This document shows positions 8,224 through 17,909 of a stretch of DNA of 64,000 nt, piece by piece. The stretch comes from an uncultured Gammaproteobacteria bacterium (GTDB lineage: Bacteria > Pseudomonadota > Gammaproteobacteria > GCA-001735895). Location of the stretch: assembly GCA_964480635.1 (NCBI GenBank), contig CAYZQE010000001.1, forward strand, positions 8,812 to 72,811, written 5' to 3'. The notes below the pieces were generated by a model. The model saw only the letters and a program-made list of their open reading frames with translations, was not told the origin of the DNA and made no database searches. The translations under genes and the position numbers were made by a program. How positions within the stretch are numbered: the first letter of the stretch is position 1; the number at the start of each line of letters is the position of its first letter.

Positions 8224-10354
8224 TAATTCGTTTCACACTTTGAACATGATTGACTTGTAATAATTTATCCATAATCAAGCCTAAGCGAGACACATTATCT
8301 ACCTCTATGGTGATTCGAGTGGTCACTAATAACGTTTGTTGATTCGTATCTGAATTAATTCTTAATAGATTCAATTTTTCATTGCTTAACACTGAACTAA
8401 TGTCTTTAAACAGCCCTGTTCGGTCATAGGCAATAATTAATAAATCGGTTTGGTAGCTATCTTTAGTTTGTTCTGTCCAAGCAACATCAATTAAACGTTG
8501 GCGCTTTTCGTCGTCTAAGGCCAACATATTAGAACATTCGTGCTTATGAATGGTCACGCCTGCCCCTTGGGTAATATATCCAATGATACGATCACCAAAC
8601 ACTGGCTTACAGCAATTTGCTATTTGCGTTAATAAATTACCAACACCTTGAATCGACACGCCTTTGTCAGAGCCCACATCCTTTTTTGGTTTGCTAATTT
8701 TATTAATGGTTTTTTGTTCGTGTTCATCATGTTGTAAAAAACCAATAATTTGAGGGCTTGTAATATGGCCGCGACCAATTTCTGCATAAAAGGCTGATTC
8801 ATCACTCATTTTAAAATGCTTAACTAATAACTTTAAGTCAAAATGCTGAATTGAAAATTTTGTGCATTCTTTATCTAACAAATGTTTGCCGTCTAAAACA
8901 TTTTGTTCAAAGTCTTGATGATTAAACCAGTTTCTAACTTTTGAGCGTGAGCTTGTTGATTTTAAAAAACCCAAGTTTTGGTTCATCCAGTCCCTACTGG
9001 GCGCAGGTTCTTTCGTGGTGAGGATCTCGACCGTTTCAGCCATTTCTAAAGGTGTTGTTAAGGTCACGATTTTACCGTTAACCTTTGCCCCTCTGCATCT
9101 GTGCCCAATGGATGTATGAATGGCATAAGCAAAATCTAGGGCTGTCGCACCCAAAGGTAAATCAATAATTTTACCTTGAGGTGAAAACACATACACACGG
9201 CTACTGGCCAGTTCAGTGTCTAAGCCTCCCACAATGTCGCTGGCATCTTCGGCTGAATTGTCTAATAGCTCACGTAGCACCATGAGACTTTTTTCCATGC
9301 TTTCATCAAGCTTTACGCCTTCTTTATAGCGCCAATGGGATGCTATGCCAAATTCAGATTTTTCATGCATGTCATTGGTGCGAATCTGAATTTCTACTAT
9401 TTTGCCACCTTCTCCAATCACCGCCGTATGGATAGATTGATAACCATTTCCCTTTGGGTTGGCGACATAATCATCAAATTCATCGGGTATATGTTTCCAT
9501 GCGGTATGCACAATGCCTAGTACAGCATAGCAATCTGCCACTGAATCGACCAAGATACGCACGGCTCTAACATCAAACAATTGATGAAACTCTAGGTTTT
9601 TTCGCTGCATTTTACGCCAGATGCTAACAATGTGCTTTACTCGCCCAGACACATTGACTTTGATGCTTTGCTTTTTAATTAAATCAGCTAGTTCAGACGT
9701 AAATGATTGAATAAAAAACTCTCGATCAACACGCTTTTCTTCTAGTAGCTTGGCAATATGTTTGTAGGCTTGTGGGTCTAATGCTCTAAAGGCTAAGTCT
9801 TCTATTTCCCACTTTAAATGACCAATGCCTAAACGATTTGCCAGTGGTGCGAAGATATCCATCGATTCATTTGCAATGCACATTCGCACATCATAACTGC
9901 TGTGTTTTAAATGTTTTAATCGAACGACTCGATAACATAATTTGATGAGCATGACGCGTACATCATCAATAATTGCCAATAATAAACGACGTAGTTTTTC
10001 AGCTTGCTCTGGTGTCGAGTTGAAACCTTTGTCGCAACTGGTCATGTCATTTAGCTTTAAGACTCCCTGAACTAATTTTGCTACGTTATGACCAAAAAGC
10101 TGTTCGATGCTTGCTTGCTGTTCTTCTTCGCGAAAGTTTTGATCACTTAATAGGGTCGCCAAAATGGTATCTTTGTCATAGCTCAACTGTAAGATATAGG
10201 GCAATACTTCAACACCAGTGGGCAAAGATTTATCATCGGCCACTTTTTCTAAAGCCAAATCGAGTGCTTTATCTAAATCATTATCCCACGAAAGATTTTT
10301 TTCTATCAGCGCTTTTAGTTCTGACTTGTTTAAATTTACGTCACTATGCTTCAT
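8216..10354 (-). CDS. relA: GTP pyrophosphokinase, (p)ppGpp synthetase RelA
   Basis: This 712 aa RelA/SpoT-family protein has a synthetase-domain signature (QSIHTAVIGEGGKIVEIQIRT...HWRYKEG). I see no HD hydrolase motif, so I call RelA rather than SpoT. C-terminal TGS and ACT-like regions are present. Confidence 0.8.
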   Translation of the reverse strand: MKHSDVNLNKSELKALIEKNLSWDNDLDKALDLALEKVADDKSLPTGVEVLPYILQLSYDKDTILATLLSDQNFREEEQQASIEQLFGHNVAKLVQGVLKLNDMTSCDKGFNSTPEQAEKLRRLLLAIIDDVRVMLIKLCYRVVRLKHLKHSSYDVRMCIANESMDIFAPLANRLGIGHLKWEIEDLAFRALDPQAYKHIAKLLEEKRVDREFFIQSFTSELADLIKKQSIKVNVSGRVKHIVSIWRKMQRKNLEFHQLFDVRAVRILVDSVADCYAVLGIVHTAWKHIPDEFDDYVANPKGNGYQSIHTAVIGEGGKIVEIQIRTNDMHEKSEFGIASHWRYKEGVKLDESMEKSLMVLRELLDNSAEDASDIVGGLDTELASSRVYVFSPQGKIIDLPLGATALDFAYAIHTSIGHRCRGAKVNGKIVTLTTPLEMAETVEILTTKEPAPSRDWMNQNLGFLKSTSSRSKVRNWFNHQDFEQNVLDGKHLLDKECTKFSIQHFDLKLLVKHFKMSDESAFYAEIGRGHITSPQIIGFLQHDEHEQKTINKISKPKKDVGSDKGVSIQGVGNLLTQIANCCKPVFGDRIIGYITQGAGVTIHKHECSNMLALDDEKRQRLIDVAWTEQTKDSYQTDLLIIAYDRTGLFKDISSVLSNEKLNLLRINSDTNQQTLLVTTRITIEVDNVSRLGLIMDKLLQVNHVQSVKRIND

Positions 10355-12786
10355 CGTAAAAGGTGCATTGGGCTACTGTCATAGGTTTTTCTAACCGCGT
10401 ATAAGCCGGTCGCTGATAGTAGCAATATGCTACTGCCTAAACCAATCAACCAAAGCCAAGGGTTAAGGGTATAAACGATATTGAATAGAAAGTGTGACAC
10501 CGCCCATCCAGCAATGGATGCTAAGCTCGAGGCAATAAAACCAATCACTGCACCCATCAATGCAAATTCTGCTATTTGAGATTTTATAATTTGCTGGCGA
10601 GAAGCTCCAAAGCTTTTCAGTAAAGCAATTTCACTGATGCGTTGCTGTTGGCTCGCTAACACCGAAGATAACAACACGACGATACCTGCCAATAATGCAA
10701 AGATAAAAAAGAACTCTAAAGCCAATGCAGAACGATCTATTAACTGTTTGATGCGCGCCATGAGTTGGGTAATGTCTAACCAAGTGACCGATGGGAATTG
10801 CTTGTGTAATAATGCTAGTGTCTGTTTTTTATGGTCAGGCACAAACACGCTCATAATATAGGTTTGGGGTAAGTCTTGAATCTCTTCTACATGACTTAAC
10901 ACATAAAAATTGGGTTTAAAATTTTCCCATACCGCCGTTCTAATGCTGGATACGGTCACGATGAACTCTTGCCCTGCAATATCAAACTGTACCGTATCAT
11001 TTAACTTTATATTTAAAATTTCAGCCATTGATATTTCAATAGAGGCGCTACCTTTTGGTGGTGGCCACTGCCCTTCTACAATAGTATTTTCATCGGGTAA
11101 TTGCTCTGACGCACTGATTTTAAATACCCGTGATATAAAGTGCTGCGCCCTTGGGTGAGAGGTCTCTAAATCACTTAAAGCCACTTGATTAATATGAGTG
11201 ATACGTGCGCTAATTAAAGGGTATAAATTTGACGCGTCCAAACCATTGGCATCGAGTAGTTTGGTTAATTTTGGAGCTTCATGTTGTTGAATATTAATCG
11301 CAAAATAATTGGGTGTGTCATCTTTTAGCATGCCTTGCCAATCAGCAAATAAATCATCTTTTACGACGCCGACTAACAGTACTGATAATAGTGTCATCAT
11401 AAAAGCAGTCATTATAAATAAGGCATTACGTTGTTTATTTAACAACCGTGAAATAACAAACCCTCTTAACCAAAACCGAGAGCCCAACATTTTTTTTATG
11501 CTGATTAATAAAAGTTTGATCAGTAATGGTACTAATGAAACTATTAACAATATCACTATTAAACTGGCTAAACTTAGCTTCCAGTCTTGAATTAAAATAA
11601 ATAATAGCAGTGCTAAAACGGCAATAACTGAAACAAACATGCCATATTGACGAGGTTCAAATTGCCATTGCATTGAACGTAAAACGTTATTTGGGCTTGT
11701 TTTTAACAGCACGAGTATAAAAGGCACGCTAAAACCAAATAAACCAATAGCACCAAACAGCCCACCCATACCATAGGCTATTAAACCGCTGTCGGGCAGA
11801 TTATTGCTAAACCATTGCCCCAATAACCATTCGATTGGAATTTGCGAGAGCCAACCAAACAACCAACCAATAGGTAAGGCAACTAACCACACTAACCATA
11901 TTTGTTTCAGGTAATAACTGAGCAAGCTTTTTTGTGGCACGCCAAAAACACGCATAACCGCCACTTTTTTTGCTTCGAGTGATGCAATATAACGCGCTGA
12001 TAAAGCGATTGCCGACATCGAAATAACGAGCGTCATAACAATACCAAAAGCAAAAAAGTCTCTCACTCTCTCTAGAGCTACACGCATTTCTGGCCGAGCA
12101 TTTTGCAAGCTCTGAATTGATTCATCTGCACTCAGTAGGGGCGTTATCTCATCTATGAATTGCTTGATAAGCTCTGGTTTAGAGGCAAATAAAGCATAAT
12201 ACTGGACACGGCTACCTGGTAAAATTAATTCGGTTTTATCTAAATCAGCCATATGAATCATTACGCGTGGCGCTAAATTAAATAGGCTGCCTCCACGATC
12301 TGGCTCTAAACTTAATATTTTTGTTGGCTTTATGTCTAGTTGACCCAATTCGATTGTGGGCACTGTTATTAATTCTGCTATTTGTTGGTCTATCCAAAGC
12401 TCACCTTGTTTTGGGCCATGTAAACGTTTTGTCACGTCACCAAACGCTTGCTGCTTAGTTTCTAAATGACCGCGTAAAGGGTATAACGAATCGACCGCTT
12501 TTAACTCTACTAGCTGCAATCCATTTTCTGTAAAAATTGCTGTGCGTAAACTGGTTGTTGCTGCAACACTTATCCCTAGCTCTTTTGCACGTTTGATAAA
12601 CTGTGGATTAATCGGGGCGTTTGACAATACCAGTGCATCTGCGGCTAATAGTTCACTGGCTTGTAAGTCTAATAATCGACTTATTTTATCGGTAAATAAT
12701 TGGCTTGCAGTAATTATCGTAATGCTAATGACCGCTGCCACTAACATAAAAGAATAGCCTTTATATTGAGTCATTAAAGCGTTCAA
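10351..12786 (-). CDS. ybbP: FtsX-family ABC transporter permease (YbbP-like, duplicated permease domains)
   Basis: At 811 aa with two FtsX-type 4-TM modules it resembles YbbP. It is coupled to the upstream ABC ATPase by an overlapping stop and start. Confidence 0.75.
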   Translation of the reverse strand: MNALMTQYKGYSFMLVAAVISITIITASQLFTDKISRLLDLQASELLAADALVLSNAPINPQFIKRAKELGISVAATTSLRTAIFTENGLQLVELKAVDSLYPLRGHLETKQQAFGDVTKRLHGPKQGELWIDQQIAELITVPTIELGQLDIKPTKILSLEPDRGGSLFNLAPRVMIHMADLDKTELILPGSRVQYYALFASKPELIKQFIDEITPLLSADESIQSLQNARPEMRVALERVRDFFAFGIVMTLVISMSAIALSARYIASLEAKKVAVMRVFGVPQKSLLSYYLKQIWLVWLVALPIGWLFGWLSQIPIEWLLGQWFSNNLPDSGLIAYGMGGLFGAIGLFGFSVPFILVLLKTSPNNVLRSMQWQFEPRQYGMFVSVIAVLALLLFILIQDWKLSLASLIVILLIVSLVPLLIKLLLISIKKMLGSRFWLRGFVISRLLNKQRNALFIMTAFMMTLLSVLLVGVVKDDLFADWQGMLKDDTPNYFAINIQQHEAPKLTKLLDANGLDASNLYPLISARITHINQVALSDLETSHPRAQHFISRVFKISASEQLPDENTIVEGQWPPPKGSASIEISMAEILNIKLNDTVQFDIAGQEFIVTVSSIRTAVWENFKPNFYVLSHVEEIQDLPQTYIMSVFVPDHKKQTLALLHKQFPSVTWLDITQLMARIKQLIDRSALALEFFFIFALLAGIVVLLSSVLASQQQRISEIALLKSFGASRQQIIKSQIAEFALMGAVIGFIASSLASIAGWAVSHFLFNIVYTLNPWLWLIGLGSSILLLSATGLYAVRKTYDSSPMHLLR

Positions 12787-13526
12787 ATGATTCGTCCTGC
12801 TTCCATTTTTATAATACGGTCACCGCGCTGTGCTAGGCTTGTTTCATGAGTGACTAACACCAGTGCTGTACCTGAATTGTCTCTTAAATTAAACATTAAG
12901 TCTGCAATCTGTTGACCATTTTTACTGTCAAGATTGCCGGTTGGTTCATCGGCAAATAATATTTTGGGCTGCACGGCAAAGGCTCTTGCAATTGACACCC
13001 GCTGTTGCTCTCCACCCGATAAATAATCAACCATGGTGTTTGCTTTATTAAATAAACCAACCTGTTCTAAAGCCTCTAACGCCTTTTCTTTTATATGCGA
13101 CATTCCAAGCAGCTCTAGGGGTAATTGAATATTTTCTAATGCGGTTGCACCTTGAATTAATTGAAAGCTTTGAAAGACAAAGCCAACATTCCCTTTACGA
13201 ACTGCGGCGCGCTGCTCTTCATTTGCTTGTGTTATATCTTGACCGAGTAGTGTGACGCTACCTGTGTCTGCATGATCTAACCCAGCCATAATACTCAACA
13301 AACTTGTTTTACCCGAACCAGAGGCTCCTGTAATAACAACCGCTTCATGAGCACTTACTTTTAGATTAATATCGTTTAAGATAGTTAATTGACTATCCGA
13401 CGTTTTAACCGTTTTATTAACTTGCGACACGCTAATGCATTCATTTTCATTCATATCAATTGCCAGTATTTTTTTATTGTGCTTTTTAAAAACCAGTTCC
13501 GCAGCGACTCTTAACGAGCAAACCAT
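12783..13526 (-). CDS. ybbA: ABC transporter ATP-binding protein (YbbA-like); the true start is probably the internal ATG near 13454
   Basis: It carries Walker A (GASGSGKT), the signature LSGGEQQR and Walker B. The first approximately 25 codons overlap the divergent tesA and are probably not translated. Confidence 0.8.
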   Translation of the reverse strand: MVCSLRVAAELVFKKHNKKILAIDMNENECISVSQVNKTVKTSDSQLTILNDINLKVSAHEAVVITGASGSGKTSLLSIMAGLDHADTGSVTLLGQDITQANEEQRAAVRKGNVGFVFQSFQLIQGATALENIQLPLELLGMSHIKEKALEALEQVGLFNKANTMVDYLSGGEQQRVSIARAFAVQPKILFADEPTGNLDSKNGQQIADLMFNLRDNSGTALVLVTHETSLAQRGDRIIKMEAGRII

Positions 13527-14058
13527 TTTAATTATGGGTGACAGTTTAAGTGCTGCCTATAACATCAAAATTCAATCCAGTTGGCCTGTTTTATTACAAA
13601 AAAGATTTAACAAGCTCAATTCTAACGTCACGCTCATCAATGCCAGTATTAGCGGTGAAACCACATTTGGGGGCAAAAACCGTATCGAAGCATTACTTAA
13701 AATGCATAACCCAAGCACTGTTATTATTCAATTAGGTGGTAATGATGGATTAAGAGGTTTAAACCTCTCTATAAGCCAACAGAATATTGTAGCCATGATA
13801 ACGCATGCTAAAAATAGCCAAAGTAAAGTACTGCTGATTGGTGTTCGCTTACCGCCAAACTTAGGCCGCCGCTATAATGAAAAGTTTCAGTCTATGTATC
13901 AAACGATTGCGACCACGGAACAAGTGCACTATTTACCTAAATTTTTAGCCCATGTTGCAGAACATAAAGAGTTGATGCAACGAGATGGCATTCACCCCGT
14001 GGCTAAGGCTCAACCCATTTTGCAAGACAAGGTATTTAAAGCGTTGCTAAAGATGTAA
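13435..14058 (+). CDS. tesA: SGNH/GDSL arylesterase / acyl-CoA thioesterase I (TesA) with a signal peptide
   Basis: It has a signal peptide followed by '[12 protein letters not shown]', the GDSL catalytic-Ser block. It lies divergent to ybbA and ybbP as in E. coli. Confidence 0.8.
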   Translation: MHSFSFISIASIFLLCFLKTSSAATLNEQTILIMGDSLSAAYNIKIQSSWPVLLQKRFNKLNSNVTLINASISGETTFGGKNRIEALLKMHNPSTVIIQLGGNDGLRGLNLSISQQNIVAMITHAKNSQSKVLLIGVRLPPNLGRRYNEKFQSMYQTIATTEQVHYLPKFLAHVAEHKELMQRDGIHPVAKAQPILQDKVFKALLKM

Positions 14059-14713
14059 TAATTGTTGGCGGAACACCCATTTTTTGGGGCCAAAGTTTTT
14101 TATTTCGATTCACCCAAATTCCTTGCCAACCTGCATTTTTAGCACCAACCATATCAATAGCGATATCATCGCCACAATAGAGGCACTCTGATGCCTCACA
14201 TTGTGCTTGCTGTGCGATCACTTCAAACATTTTTATATCTGGTTTTGTGGTTTTTACATCGGCTGCATTAATAGAATACGAAATATAGGGCGCTGCTTCT
14301 GTTTGCATCACATCAGCATTGCCATTACTAATGGTGGCTAGGGTATAGGTTTGCGATAACCGCTTTAATGCAGGGATAACATCTGAAAAATAGCTCACTG
14401 TATTGCGCCATTGCATAAAGACTTTAAAGCCCTGCTCTGCTACATCATGTGGTGAATAATGACATTGAAGCGCTAAATGGGATAAAAACTGAAGCCTCAT
14501 TGCTGATAAGTCGACCTGAAGTTCTGGGTGTTTTAATGCAAAATCATGACGTAAACCCATCATCGAAGTCATAGAGTATCGATTAGTAATTAAAGGGTAG
14601 TTATCAGATAGCCATTGATAGAGAGCGCCTTCTGCTTTAATAATCGTTGGCATACAGGGCCAAAACGTATCATCTAGGTCAAAGGCTATGAGTTTTATGG
14701 AAGATGGAATCAA
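14036..14713 (-). CDS. HAD-superfamily hydrolase
   Basis: It has HAD motif I (IAFDLDDTFW) and HAD motif IV (CLYCGDD). The protein is 225 aa. Confidence 0.55.
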   Translation of the reverse strand: MIPSSIKLIAFDLDDTFWPCMPTIIKAEGALYQWLSDNYPLITNRYSMTSMMGLRHDFALKHPELQVDLSAMRLQFLSHLALQCHYSPHDVAEQGFKVFMQWRNTVSYFSDVIPALKRLSQTYTLATISNGNADVMQTEAAPYISYSINAADVKTTKPDIKMFEVIAQQAQCEASECLYCGDDIAIDMVGAKNAGWQGIWVNRNKKLWPQKMGVPPTIITSLATL

Positions 14714-14728
14714 ATTAATTTATGTCTA

Positions 14729-15775
14729 TTATCGTTTAGACGCCAGCTCTAATATTTTTTCTGCGATGCCATGTAAAGGCATTACAAAATCAGCATGACC
14801 TCGTTTGACGCATTCACCTGGCATTCCCCACACGACACTGGTCGCTTCATCTTGAGCAATGGTAGGTGCGCCTGCTGCTCGCATTGTACCCATCGCTTCA
14901 GAACCATCAGCGCCCATACCAGTGAGCATAATACACATTGCATTTTTGCCCACATTTTTAGCCACCGAGTTAAACATCACTTCAACTGAAGGTTTATGTC
15001 GATTGACTGGATCAGTATCGAGTAATCGACAAATAAAACGAGCGCCATCTCTAATCACTTCTAAGTGCTTATCACCTGGTGCGACATAAGCATGCCCAGG
15101 TAAAATTTGCTGCCCATTTTCAGCATGGTGCACTGTCATTGATGAATTAGCATCTAAACGCTCTGAAAATGACTGACTAAAAGCAAGTGGAATATGCTGT
15201 GTGATAACAATGCCGGGGCAATTACTGGGTAACTGGCATAACACATCTTTTAAAGCCTCGGTACCGCCTGTCGACGCACCAATAGCAATGACCATATCGG
15301 TCGTTTTAAAGCTGCTTGAACTAAAGGTTGATTGGGTAGCCGCCGTACTTTTGGGTACAGCAGCATTTAACCCCCTCACTTTTGCCATCGCCGCTGTTTT
15401 AACTTTTTGTTTTATCTCAGCGGCATAAGCCAGCATTTCTTCTTTTACGTTAACCTTTGGCTTAGACACATAATCAACAGCACCTAATTCAAGTGCCTCA
15501 AGCGTTACATCAGCACCCGCTTCCGTTAAGGTAGAAACCATAACCACTGGCATCGGACGAAGTCGCATCAAATTACGTAAAAAAGTGACGCCGTCCATTT
15601 TGGGCATTTCAACATCGAGGGTTAAAACATCGGGGTTTAATTTTTTAATTTTTTCGCGTGCTACAAGCGGGTCTTGCGCCGTACCAATGACTTCAATTTC
15701 TGGATCAGACGACAATATTTCCGTCATCAACTGACGAATTAATGCTGAATCATCGACTATTAATACCTTAACCAT
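14729..15775 (-). CDS. cheB: chemotaxis response regulator protein-glutamate methylesterase CheB (REC + methylesterase)
   Basis: An N-terminal receiver ([11 protein letters not shown]...D) is fused to a methylesterase domain with a GASTGG region. The protein is 348 aa. Confidence 0.9.
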   Translation of the reverse strand: MVKVLIVDDSALIRQLMTEILSSDPEIEVIGTAQDPLVAREKIKKLNPDVLTLDVEMPKMDGVTFLRNLMRLRPMPVVMVSTLTEAGADVTLEALELGAVDYVSKPKVNVKEEMLAYAAEIKQKVKTAAMAKVRGLNAAVPKSTAATQSTFSSSSFKTTDMVIAIGASTGGTEALKDVLCQLPSNCPGIVITQHIPLAFSQSFSERLDANSSMTVHHAENGQQILPGHAYVAPGDKHLEVIRDGARFICRLLDTDPVNRHKPSVEVMFNSVAKNVGKNAMCIMLTGMGADGSEAMGTMRAAGAPTIAQDEATSVVWGMPGECVKRGHADFVMPLHGIAEKILELASKR

Positions 15776-15800
15776 AAAATTCCACTTTTAAATAAATTAT

Positions 15801-16427
15801 TTACTGAAACATATCCACATCACCCGATGTATCTGATGAACTTAGTTTAGATTTATAACTCACTTCACGCTTAACAATTGTGTCGTTATGTAAATCCTTT
15901 AATTTTTTAACTCTAACTTTTCCTGTTAGAGGGTTATATAGTACCTTTCTTGGGTTTATGCCACCCACATCTTCAGCTTTTATGTCAAAACCTTCTAAAA
16001 CGATAAATGATTTAACAAAATCAATATTACTCTGACCAATATCAGTCATCGCTTGCATAATTCGAGAACCACCAAATATTTTTATTTCTAAATTTTCCTT
16101 TTTACCACCATGTTTCAGAATATCATTAATCATATGCTCCATGGCATAGTTACCATAACGAGTTGCTAAACTATCTAGCTCAGTTTTAGAGGTCCATTTT
16201 TCTTTATTCGTCAGCGGCAGTAAAAAATGATTCATTCCCCCAATACAGTTTACTGGATCACGAATACATGCCGATACACATGATCCTAAAACAGTTGTAA
16301 TGAGCTCTTTACTTTTACTCACATAATATTCACCTGGTAAAATTTTCGCAGCATAAACATCATTTCGTTTATCCCAATAACGATTTACGTGATTAAAGCC
16401 AGGCAGTATTTTAGGCAGGTCATGCAT
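15801..16427 (-). CDS. cheD: chemoreceptor glutamine deamidase CheD
   Basis: It is 208 aa and sits between cheR and cheB as in cheR-cheD-cheB (F7/Che2-type) clusters. It has a conserved Cys (GSCVSAC). Confidence 0.8.
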   Translation of the reverse strand: MHDLPKILPGFNHVNRYWDKRNDVYAAKILPGEYYVSKSKELITTVLGSCVSACIRDPVNCIGGMNHFLLPLTNKEKWTSKTELDSLATRYGNYAMEHMINDILKHGGKKENLEIKIFGGSRIMQAMTDIGQSNIDFVKSFIVLEGFDIKAEDVGGINPRKVLYNPLTGKVRVKKLKDLHNDTIVKREVSYKSKLSSSDTSGDVDMFQ

Positions 16428-16483
16428 TATTTAGTTGAATATCACATCAAAAGCTAAGCCCAACTAGGCTCAACATTTTTCGA

Positions 16484-17311
16484 CTATGATTTTTGATAGA
16501 TTGTTTTGCCAAGTAAATCATATTGTTCTGAAATACCATGTAGTGATTCTGAATGCCCCATAAGCAAATAGCCATTTTTTTTCAATTGATTATAAAAACG
16601 ACCAACTAGACTCACTTTGGTTTCTTTATCAAAATAGATCACCACATTGCGACAAAAAATCACATCCATTTTTTCATTAATCGACCAAGGCTTTAATAAA
16701 TTCATCTGGTTAAAGCGAACCAATGATTTAACTTTATCATTCATTTTAATAAAGCCAGCATTACTGCCCGCACCTTTTTTCATGTGCGTTTTAACACGTT
16801 TAGGGTCTAAACTATCAATCCGCTCTACATTATAAACGCCCGCCTTAGCCGTTTTTACGACATTAGAGTCAATATCAGTCGCATAAATTTTTATATCCCA
16901 TTGGTCAATATCTTTAATCGAATCAACTATGGTCATGGCAATTGAATACGGCTCTTCACCGGTTGAACACGCGGCTGACCATATGCGTATGCTTTTATCG
17001 TTGTTTTTTATTTTTTCAGCAACAAGAGTCTCCGCTAAAAAGTCAAAATGATGTTCTTCTCGATAAAAAGCCGTTAAATTGGTGGTGACAGCATTTACCA
17101 ATTCAATGCTCTCAGTTGCTAAGTTATTGGCTAAAAACTGGCGGTAAGCAGCAAAGTCTGGTAATTTTAATTTTCGTACTCGACGCGACAGACGAGAGTA
17201 ATACATGGTGTACTTGCCTTCATCCGAAATAATGCCTGTTTCTGTCTTAACAACTCCCCTTAAAAAATTAAAATCATCTTGAGTGAATTTAAATTCTTTA
17301 TCTTGCTCCAT
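16484..17311 (-). CDS. cheR: chemotaxis protein methyltransferase CheR
   Basis: It is 275 aa with a SAM-methyltransferase fold signature (IWSAACSTGEEPYS). Confidence 0.85.
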   Translation of the reverse strand: MEQDKEFKFTQDDFNFLRGVVKTETGIISDEGKYTMYYSRLSRRVRKLKLPDFAAYRQFLANNLATESIELVNAVTTNLTAFYREEHHFDFLAETLVAEKIKNNDKSIRIWSAACSTGEEPYSIAMTIVDSIKDIDQWDIKIYATDIDSNVVKTAKAGVYNVERIDSLDPKRVKTHMKKGAGSNAGFIKMNDKVKSLVRFNQMNLLKPWSINEKMDVIFCRNVVIYFDKETKVSLVGRFYNQLKKNGYLLMGHSESLHGISEQYDLLGKTIYQKS

Positions 17312-17313
17312 GT

Positions 17314-17877
17314 TTAAAAGAACTCGATATCGTTTTCTAAATCTTCTTTATGGGCTTCGTTGAAAGCATGAATCGCATCCCGCACATCGACACCATCCAT
17401 CACCGCTTGAAACATTTCAACTTCTTCACGCATGCTATATTTTGACTTTATTTTTTCTTGTAGCGCTTTCCATTCATAGGGGTTAAATATTTTCGACGTG
17501 TCGCCAACTAATTCTGACAACGCTTCTACGCTAGAACTTACATGCGCTAAGCGTTGGGTTAATTTATCGTAAAATTGAAAGGCAACAATAGCGCCTTGCA
17601 TTGTTTCACTTACTTTATCAGCATTATGAGCGATTGTTTTTCGTATCACTTCAGTTTCAGGTGTTGGTGGTAAATCTTCTACTGCCATTTTAATGACATT
17701 TTCATAACCGATCATGGAGGTAAAGGCATCGGTTAAATGCAGTACTGAATCATCACTTTCCCTTAATGCTATCTCAATTTGAGCGGTTGCTAAAAACAGC
17801 ATGCGAACAGTTTCTCTCACTTGGCTCCAGTCTAAATCGGGCGCTACCGCATTTGATGGCTTACTTTCACTACTCAT
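17314..17877 (-). CDS. acidic hypothetical protein (187 aa) embedded in the chemosensory operon; C-terminus ...DIEFF
   Basis: It is tightly packed between cheR and the STAS-repeat gene. It is helical and acidic, with an 'FQFYDKLTQR' segment faintly reminiscent of the CheZ active-site 'QDLTGQ'. I make no confident family assignment. Confidence 0.45.
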   Translation of the reverse strand: MSSESKPSNAVAPDLDWSQVRETVRMLFLATAQIEIALRESDDSVLHLTDAFTSMIGYENVIKMAVEDLPPTPETEVIRKTIAHNADKVSETMQGAIVAFQFYDKLTQRLAHVSSSVEALSELVGDTSKIFNPYEWKALQEKIKSKYSMREEVEMFQAVMDGVDVRDAIHAFNEAHKEDLENDIEFF

Positions 17878-17909
17878 TTTGTATCCTCATTATTATTTTT
17901 ATATCTGGC

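Noticed and set aside
13435-13526. The divergent ybbA and tesA ORFs appear to overlap by about 90 nt.
   Set aside because: This is most likely an artefact of taking the longest ORF for ybbA. An internal ATG (MNENEC...) gives a normal-length ABC ATPase with only minimal overlap, which matches the E. coli tesA-ybbA divergent arrangement.
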